Shown: piece by piece, positions 26,840 through 35,133 of the stretch
Layout of the letters: the number at the start of each line of letters is the position of its first letter
Position numbering within the stretch: the first letter of the stretch is position 1
DNA from: Alphaproteobacteria bacterium
GTDB lineage: Bacteria > Pseudomonadota > Alphaproteobacteria > SMXP01
Direction of reading: 5' to 3'
NCBI GenBank assembly: GCA_021774915.1
Contig: JAJFIO010000054.1
Coordinates: 1 to 54,605 of the forward strand
Length of the DNA: 54,605 bases
Position numbers and translations under genes: made by a program
Notes under the pieces: model-generated
Database searches by the model: none
The model's input: the letters and a program-made list of their open reading frames with translations, nothing else
Told to the model about the DNA's origin: nothing

Positions 26840-28130
26840 AGTGTAGCAGATGCTGATCGGTATGGCAGCCGTAACAATGGGCGCTACACGCCGCCCGTCG
26901 ACCCCAGTGTAGCAGATGCTGATCGGTATGGCAGCCGTAACCAGAGCGAAGCAATATGTTTCAGCCACATTAGTGTAGCAGATGCTGATCGGTATGGCAG
27001 CCGTAACGTGAACGGCGCAACGTAATCTAGTTTCTTCAGTGTAGCAGATGCTGATCGGTATGGCAGCCGTAACTGGTGGACTTCCAGATTGTGGGCGATC
27101 TCTAGTGTAGCAGATGCTGATCGGTATGGCAGCCGTAACAGTAATGTCAGCCTCAATTGTCGCCTGATTAGTGTAGCAGATGCTGATCGGTATGGCAGCC
27201 GTAACAGCATAGACGGCATAATAGAATCAATAACGTAGTGTAGCAGATGCTGATCGGTATGGCAGCCGTAACCTAATTTTTGTATGGGATTGCTCAATAT
27301 GAAGTGTAGCAGATGCTGATCGGTATGGCAGCCGTAACAACCAACCATTGGGGTGTAAGAGTTCTGGAAGTGTAGCAGATGCTGATCGGTATGGCAGCCG
27401 TAACCGTCATCACTCGCGGCGCGTCCAATCCGTCAGTGTAGCAGATGCTGATCGGTATGGCAGCCGTAACAACCAACCATTGGGGTGTAAGAGTTCTGGA
27501 AGTGTAGCAGATGCTGATCGGTATGGCAGCCGTAACTCTCATCCCACTGCTCGCCGGACACCATCCAGTGTAGCAGATGCTGATCGGTATGGCAGCCGTA
27601 ACTGGTACGCCGATGTGGTGTTCGAGACTTCGAGTGTAGCAGATGCTGATCGGTATGGCAGCCGTAACTAAGATCGGCCCTGTAAAGATCGGCCCCGCAG
27701 TGTAGCAGATGCTGATCGGTATGGCAGCCGTAACTTAGTGTTTCATCCATCACCAGCTCCCTCCAGTGTAGCAGATGCTGATCGGTATGGCAGCCGTAAC
27801 AGCGTGAATGTTCATTTGCCGTGGCTGATAAGTGTAGCAGATGCTGATCGGTATGGCAGCCGTAACTCCATCTGTTATGTCAATTACCATCCGACAAGTG
27901 TAGCAGATGCTGATCGGTATGGCAGCCGTAACTGTGATATCAGCCTCAATCGTCGCCTGATTAGTGTAGCAGATGCTGATCGGTATGGCAGCCGTAACTG
28001 GTGTTCTTTGTTCTTCCGTTAAATAGTGAGTGTAGCAGATGCTGATCGGTATGGCAGCCGTAACGGTTTGGGTATTTTATAAGAATACAAATCAAGTGTA
28101 GCAGATGCTGATCGGTATGGCAGATCCACA
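26840..28130 (-). CRISPR. CRISPR array: 20 repeats of 36 bp (19 identical plus 1 degenerate at 28095-28130) and 19 spacers (18 of 30 bp, one of 31 bp)
   Basis: The plus-strand repeat is AGTGTAGCAGATGCTGATCGGTATGGCAGCCGTAAC. Repeats start at 26840, 26906, 26972, 27038, 27104, 27170, 27237, and then every 66 bp to 28095. The crRNA sense is inferred as minus (GTTACGGCTGCCATACCGATCAGCATCTGCTACACT). This rests on tracrRNA complementarity and on resemblance to the Neisseria II-C repeat. A 72-bp AT-rich stretch (26768-26839) separates the array from cas2. Confidence 0.97.
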
Positions 28131-28132
28131 AG

Positions 28133-28158
28133 CCCCCCGTGTTTAGTAACACGGGGGG
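28133..28158. terminator. 11-bp GC-rich hairpin at the cas-distal end of the array
   Basis: CCCCCCGTGTT-TAGT-AACACGGGGGG, followed by TTCT on the plus strand. Only a short T run follows on either strand. Confidence 0.5.
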
Positions 28159-28400
28159 TTCTAAATACATGGGACCGGATCGAGCGTGCCGAATTTGATA
28201 TTTTTGGAGGATGGGGGCTTGCCGCTGGAGCAGCTCAACGGATCCACCCCTTGCCCCGCAAAGAACCTCCCAGACAAAAAGCAGGAATTTTTTAGCCTTT
28301 CATGGCTGCCCATAGGTCATATGGGCTTATTTTTCCCGTTCTCACGCAGTGCACAATCAGACCCAAAAATATCGATAGAAAAAACGAATCAGTAAGGGCT

Positions 28401-28481
28401 CCGTACGTATGGAAATGTCATTTTTTGAATTATTTACCTACGAGCGAATAGTGCCTTATTTGAGATTCCCTACGTAGGGAA
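28401..28481. promoter_or_regulatory. two CCnTACGTAnGG sites upstream of rep; the second is part of a perfect 16-bp palindrome
   Basis: CCGTACGTATGG at 28401-28412 and CCCTACGTAGGG at 28468-28479. The second sits within TTCCCTACGTAGGGAA (28466-28481). A partial CCTACG lies between them. Confidence 0.35.
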
Positions 28482-28559
28482 GATATTTTTTGTTGCGAAA
28501 CGAGAAATATGGTTATTTATAGATGGCTCCATTTGAAATCCAGCAATAAGGAGCCAAGA

Positions 28560-29663
28560 ATGAGTGAGACATTTTCCGGATTTGACAAGACAGAAACCTA
28601 TCCGCTTCTACTTTCAGGATTCGATACCCTCGAAGTCAGCTATTTCGTCAATGTCCCGTCAAGTGACCTTGATCTTGAGGATCTGGAATACCGCAAGGAA
28701 AGCCTCAAAGCGAATTACGGTGACGGGTTTGACAAGGTTCGTCTGGGAACAGAGACCTTCGCCCTCAAACCTTACGGCCGGGATAAATACAAGTTCGTCC
28801 TGTCGAACAAGTCCTTTGAGGTTCTGCTCGCTGAACACATGCGGCCAAGCTGCCGCGTAAAATTCTTCAGCGAGGCTCTCTGGCATGAGGGCCTTCAGGG
28901 GCTGATGGATCGTTTTGAACTCTGGTGCAAATCATTATCACTTGTTGCTTTCCGGCCTGAGACCGTGGGCCGTGCCGACTGGGCCTTCGACTACCATGTC
29001 CCGCGCGTCGATTTTAGCTGGGACGACTTTGTCTCCCGCGTACGCAAGGACAATGCCTATCGCGAGTCAGGCGTGGTTCAGACGTTTCAGTTCGGCAAGT
29101 CTGACATCGTGGTGCGGGTCTATGACAAGGTTGCTGAGATCGAAGAAAAAAGCGGAAAAGTGTGGTTCTATGATCTGTGGGGCCGCAAGAGCAGCGTCTG
29201 GCGGATCGAGTTCCAACTTCGGCGGGACGCCCTTAAGAGTCACGGCATCGGATCACTTGAGAGCCTGCTCGACTTGCAGAACGATACTCTGTTTCACCTT
29301 GCGCACACTCACACCACCCTTCGCAGACCCAATGGCGACAGCAATCGCTCTCGCTGGCCGCTGCACCCATTGTGGGACGCCCTGCAGAAACACATTGAGG
29401 ATCTGCCACGAAGCGGCCTGGTGCGGGCCTTCGATGAGAAGAAGGCCTTGGACTATCGCCTCTTCAAGCAATCGCAGGGCATTTACGGACATCTGAAGGG
29501 GCTTATGGCGCTGGAATGCATCAGGACAGGGAAACCTGCATCAAGCACCCTGAGGGAAGTCCTGGAACGCCTCAGACCGCATCTTGAAGATCATCACCAT
29601 TCCATCCCATGGGAGGCGGATGTTGAAAAACGGGTCAGGGCATACGAGGTAGGCCAGTGGTAA
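28560..29663 (+). CDS. replication initiation factor (Rep_trans / RstA-like rolling-circle initiator or relaxase)
   Basis: VQTFQFGKSDIVVRVYDKVAEIEEKSG...SSVWRIEFQLRRDAL fits the recalled Rep_trans pattern (T.Y.G.R.S...R.YDK..E....W.R.E.E.R). The start is ATG 28560, with AAGGAG 7 nt upstream. Confidence 0.6.
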   Translation: MSETFSGFDKTETYPLLLSGFDTLEVSYFVNVPSSDLDLEDLEYRKESLKANYGDGFDKVRLGTETFALKPYGRDKYKFVLSNKSFEVLLAEHMRPSCRVKFFSEALWHEGLQGLMDRFELWCKSLSLVAFRPETVGRADWAFDYHVPRVDFSWDDFVSRVRKDNAYRESGVVQTFQFGKSDIVVRVYDKVAEIEEKSGKVWFYDLWGRKSSVWRIEFQLRRDALKSHGIGSLESLLDLQNDTLFHLAHTHTTLRRPNGDSNRSRWPLHPLWDALQKHIEDLPRSGLVRAFDEKKALDYRLFKQSQGIYGHLKGLMALECIRTGKPASSTLREVLERLRPHLEDHHHSIPWEADVEKRVRAYEVGQW

Positions 29664-29848
29664 GGCATATCGATGACCCGGCAGGCCCAAAGAGCAAACC
29701 GCTTAAAGCCGACAATGACAACGGGTTGGATGTTGAGGAGGTCTGGCCTGAAGTCATCTTCGTGACAGAAAACGAACTCCGGCTTCTCGAAACGAGATTT
29801 ACGGATATAATCTCAGAAATTGTAGCGGCCAATGACAATAATCCCTGA
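29657..29848 (+). CDS. hypothetical small acidic protein (63 aa)
   Basis: GTG start overlapping the rep stop; the 3' end overlaps the upstream extension of the recombinase ORF. By my count it has 14 Asp/Glu against 6 Lys/Arg. No recognisable motif. Confidence 0.4.
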   Translation: MVRHIDDPAGPKSKPLKADNDNGLDVEEVWPEVIFVTENELRLLETRFTDIISEIVAANDNNP

Positions 29849-29873
29849 TAAGGGATCCTGGAAAAGGCAAGAT

Positions 29874-31537
<1,664 letters not shown>

Positions 31538-31611
31538 TTTGCTTAATCCACAGGAACGAGGCGGACCCTATCTCATCCCCAATGGAGTGGCAATCCTTGT
31601 TCTGGTCCTGT

Positions 31612-33441
31612 TCAAGGGGCCTGCTGGCGCTCCGCGATATAGCCGTTCACCAAATCTTCAAGCAGAGGTAAGGGCACCGATCCGCTGCGCAGTATAACGT
31701 CGTGGAACTCACGAATATCAAATGCGTCGCCCAGATTCTGCTGTGCTTGGTCGCGCAATTCCAGAATCTTCAGCATACCTATCTTGTAGGCCGTTGCCTG
31801 GCCCGGAAAAACCAGGTAACGCTCTATCGCTTTGACCACATCGTCTTCCGGATTGGGAGTGTTTTTAAACAGATAGGCGGTTGCCTCTTCTTTGGTCCAG
31901 CGTTTGTGGTGCAGGCCGGTATCAACCACCAATCTGCAGGCACGCCATAATTCCATCGCCAAACGCCCAAAATCCGAATAGGGGTCCTGATAGAATCCCA
32001 TTTCTTTCGGCAGATATTCGGTGTAAAGGCCCCACCCTTCTATATAGGCTGTATAGCCGGTATACCGCCTGAAGCGCGGCATATCTTCCAATTCATTTGC
32101 GATGGCGATCTGCATATGATGACCCGGTATGCCTTCGTGATAGACGAGTGCTTCCATCTGATATTTGGGCATCTGGGTCATATCCATCAAATTGGCATAG
32201 AAGACACCAGGGCGGCTGCCATCAGGCGCGGAGCGCATATAAAAGGCCTTGCCGCCCGCGCGCTCGCGAAAAGGCTCGACCCGGCGCACAACCAGTCCCG
32301 CCTTCGGCTTCACGGCGAAGATGTCATCAAGGCGCGCATCCATACGCTCGACAATCGCGGCCGCCTCTTCCAGATATGCCGCACGCCCTTCATCCGTATT
32401 CGGATAATAAAATTGTGCATCATTGCGCATAAAACCGAAGAACTCTTGAAGAGAGCCTTCGAATCCAACTTGGGTCTTTATGGTCTCCATTTCTCCGTGA
32501 ATGCGCGCAACCTCTCTCAAGCCCAAATCATGGATTTGATCGGCATTAAGATCAGTGGTTGTATAATACTCTAAAAGAGATTGATAATAACCGCCGGTTT
32601 CATCAAGACTCCACACGCCGTGATTATCGGAGGTCGTCGCGCTCAATTCAGTCATGAACCCGATAAATCGTTGATAGGCTGGTTTGACGATATCCGTCAG
32701 CGCGTCACGCGCCGCGGCGAGAATTTCTTCTTTGTCCTGCTCACCGATTTCAGCTTCAGCCAACTTACTTTTAAGATCGGCATAAATAGGGGTGTCCGGC
32801 GCCTCCGAATCGAAGGGATAGCCGGAAATGACATTGCCCGCCGCCTCGATCATTTGGGGGAAAACAAAGGCGGGCGGCACAAAACCTTTCTCCGCCCGAA
32901 ATCGCATACGCTCGCCAGATTGGTCCATGCGTCGGCCCGCTCCCTCAAGACGGGCAACATAATCTTGAGCGTTCTTCAGAGTGCCGATGGTGTGGTTATT
33001 AATGAGAAAGGAAGGAATCCCCGTGTGAACCCCGCCAAATTGCGTGGCGGCATACCCATAATCACGCCATTCATATTTTTTAATACGTTGGTTGGCGCGA
33101 TATTCAAAAATTTTATAGCTGACTTGATAAGGCGGGCTGAGAGCCTCCGTGTTAAAATCCGCAAGGTTCTTTAAGTCACGAACCGCCAATTCATACTCAA
33201 TGCGTTCCGCTTCCGGGGTCACCTCATCCCACTTATCGTTATTATCATAAAGCCCAAGTTCGGTTTGCCATTCCGGGCTTAAGGAAAGCTCATCAGCAAA
33301 ACTGGTTTCGAAAAAAGCAGCGAGACGCGCATCTTCCTCAGTGATTTGCACCGCATCATCATTTTGACTTTTGTTTTGATTTTCGCAAGCAAAGAGCAGC
33401 ACAAAAAAAGGCAACCAGGCCAGCACAAAATAACGTCTCAT
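31612..33441 (-). CDS. DUF885 family protein (predicted lipoprotein / metallopeptidase-like)
   Basis: HEGIPGHHMQ and WRACRLVVDTGLH motifs. Signal/lipobox MRRYFVLAWLPFFVLLFAC at the chosen start; the track ORF extends to 33555. Confidence 0.7.
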   Translation of the reverse strand: MRRYFVLAWLPFFVLLFACENQNKSQNDDAVQITEEDARLAAFFETSFADELSLSPEWQTELGLYDNNDKWDEVTPEAERIEYELAVRDLKNLADFNTEALSPPYQVSYKIFEYRANQRIKKYEWRDYGYAATQFGGVHTGIPSFLINNHTIGTLKNAQDYVARLEGAGRRMDQSGERMRFRAEKGFVPPAFVFPQMIEAAGNVISGYPFDSEAPDTPIYADLKSKLAEAEIGEQDKEEILAAARDALTDIVKPAYQRFIGFMTELSATTSDNHGVWSLDETGGYYQSLLEYYTTTDLNADQIHDLGLREVARIHGEMETIKTQVGFEGSLQEFFGFMRNDAQFYYPNTDEGRAAYLEEAAAIVERMDARLDDIFAVKPKAGLVVRRVEPFRERAGGKAFYMRSAPDGSRPGVFYANLMDMTQMPKYQMEALVYHEGIPGHHMQIAIANELEDMPRFRRYTGYTAYIEGWGLYTEYLPKEMGFYQDPYSDFGRLAMELWRACRLVVDTGLHHKRWTKEEATAYLFKNTPNPEDDVVKAIERYLVFPGQATAYKIGMLKILELRDQAQQNLGDAFDIREFHDVILRSGSVPLPLLEDLVNGYIAERQQAP

Positions 33442-33660
33442 GAAACAATCCCCCAGGGCACAGTGCAACGGACCAAATGGCGCCACTAGAGCCGTTCCGA
33501 CTTTATTTGACTCACAGAACGGCTCCAAGTTGTTGTTTGGTCGCATTTCCTTCACGCGAACCGGTGCCCACTTCGCTTGGAAATGCTCTAGCGCGCACCA
33601 AATTTCATGCTACGCAAAGGAGTGAGGGGTGGCAAGAAGACTCAAGCGGATTTAGCCCCC

Positions 33661-34644
33661 TTAATGAGCGTCAACACCATAAGTTAGTTTTAGGAAAATA
33701 TCCTCCAGATCCGATTCTCGGGTGGTTAAATCCTGAATGCCAATACCAGCTTCGCGGATGCGGCCCAGCAATTCTTCGGCATGAATGGTCCGAGGGGCAT
33801 ACGTCACAGACAAACAGCCATCCACGCCAATTTTCGCATCATAGGCACCGAGACTGTCCGGGACTTTTTCCAAAGGACTGTCGGGACGGATAATCAGCGT
33901 TTTTTCATCAATGCGCGCGAGAAGCCGGGATGTCGGTTCGCAGGCTGCGACCTCGCCATTATTAATAATGGCAATGGTGTCGCACAGCTCTTGCGCCTCT
34001 TCCAGATAATGGGTGGTGAGAACGATGGTCACGCCCCGCGCGTGCAGCTCCCTGATGTAATTCCACAATTGCCGCCTCAACTCGATATCAACACCAGCCG
34101 TCGGTTCGTCAAGCACAAGAACAGGCGGATTGTGTACCAGCGCTTTGGCGATCAGCAAGCGGCGCTTCATCCCGCCCGAAAGAGTGCGGCCATAGGCGTG
34201 GGCCTTGTCCTCCAACCCCACCGCTTTCAAAATCTCCATGGTCCGCCGCTGCGCTTTGGGAACGCCAAAAAGTCCGGCCTGAATCTCCAGCGCTTCAATA
34301 GGCGTGAAAAAAACATCCATGACCAGCTCTTGAGGCACCACACCAATAGAAACCCGCGCCTGCCGCGGATTCTCATCAATGTCAAACCCCCATGTGCGCA
34401 CTGTCCCGGAAGTTTTAACGGTCAACCCGGCAAGGATATTGATGAACGTCGATTTGCCGGCGCCATTGGGCCCTAACAGCCCAAAGATGGAACCTCTGGG
34501 GACCATCAGATCAATAAATTTGAGGGCTTCCTTGTCCGGCTCGCCGTTTTGCCCTTTATAGACCTTACTTACCGACCGGGCCTCAATGGCGTAGTCCGTC
34601 CCATCTGGAGTGGATGAAGGTTGTTCATTAGCCTTTTTCAGCAT
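33661..34644 (-). CDS. ABC transporter ATP-binding protein
   Basis: Walker A GPNGAGKST, signature LSGGMKRR and Walker B VLVLDEPT. No adjacent permease gene is seen. Confidence 0.85.
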   Translation of the reverse strand: MLKKANEQPSSTPDGTDYAIEARSVSKVYKGQNGEPDKEALKFIDLMVPRGSIFGLLGPNGAGKSTFINILAGLTVKTSGTVRTWGFDIDENPRQARVSIGVVPQELVMDVFFTPIEALEIQAGLFGVPKAQRRTMEILKAVGLEDKAHAYGRTLSGGMKRRLLIAKALVHNPPVLVLDEPTAGVDIELRRQLWNYIRELHARGVTIVLTTHYLEEAQELCDTIAIINNGEVAACEPTSRLLARIDEKTLIIRPDSPLEKVPDSLGAYDAKIGVDGCLSVTYAPRTIHAEELLGRIREAGIGIQDLTTRESDLEDIFLKLTYGVDAH

Positions 34645-34886
34645 GTGTTCTTTCGTTCCGTTTTGAGACCAGGGGAAGGCAGCTTATTGTTCTTATGGCA
34701 TTACTGGACATTGTATGCCACAAACACGCACTCTTTTGAGAATCCCGCCTGTTTCGAAGTGTACAACCCATGTATGGGCATTGGCTAACGCTTTCCAGCC
34801 CTAATGTTAAGCCTGTTGACACAAAAGCCAAGGACTTCAGATAATGTGTGCACACTTAACAGGATCAATTAACGAGAGGGAGATCC

Positions 34887-35114
34887 ATGGCTGCAAACAC
34901 CCCTGAAACGATTTACACCGCAACAAAACGCGTGTGCTGTGATGGCGGCGAAGGGGGGCTGGGCCACCCACGTGTGTGGTTGGAAATGGGAGAAAGCCTA
35001 CGCGTCGAATGCCCTTATTGTAGCCGGCTCTACATCCTGAGAAACGACAAAGCGCATACGTCAAAGAGCCAAGCTGAAAAGGACGCTTTCTCAACACCTT
35101 CTCCTGACGCTTAA
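34887..35114 (+). CDS. zinc-finger (zf-CHCC, NDUFS6-like) domain protein
   Basis: VCCDGGEGGLGHPRVWLEM...VECPYCSRLY. Confidence 0.65.
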   Translation: MAANTPETIYTATKRVCCDGGEGGLGHPRVWLEMGESLRVECPYCSRLYILRNDKAHTSKSQAEKDAFSTPSPDA

Positions 35115-35133
35115 CGGATAAGCACCTGATATC

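Noticed and set aside
28095-28158. Degenerate repeat plus hairpin as a possible tracrRNA
   Set aside because: It lacks complementarity to the first 7 nt of the minus-sense repeat, the part next to the spacer. It has no linker or nexus-like segment, and only TT follows the hairpin. The locus at 22024-22127 has the full architecture.
26884-28170. Seven track ORFs across the CRISPR array (for example 26884-27348, 27348-27671, 27433-27753) with repetitive peptides such as SVADADRYGSRN or YGCHTDQHLLH
   Set aside because: They are translations of the 36-bp repeat in different frames. The periodicity equals the repeat-spacer unit, so they are not genes.
28168-28195. Possible second decayed copy of the tRNA-Arg 3' end (CATGGGACCGGATCGAGCGTGCC) at the left edge of the small element
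   Set aside because: It aligns to CATGGCGCACCCGGCACGATTCGAACGTGCGG only with many single-base gaps. This is too weak to call, and serine recombinases do not require long direct repeats.
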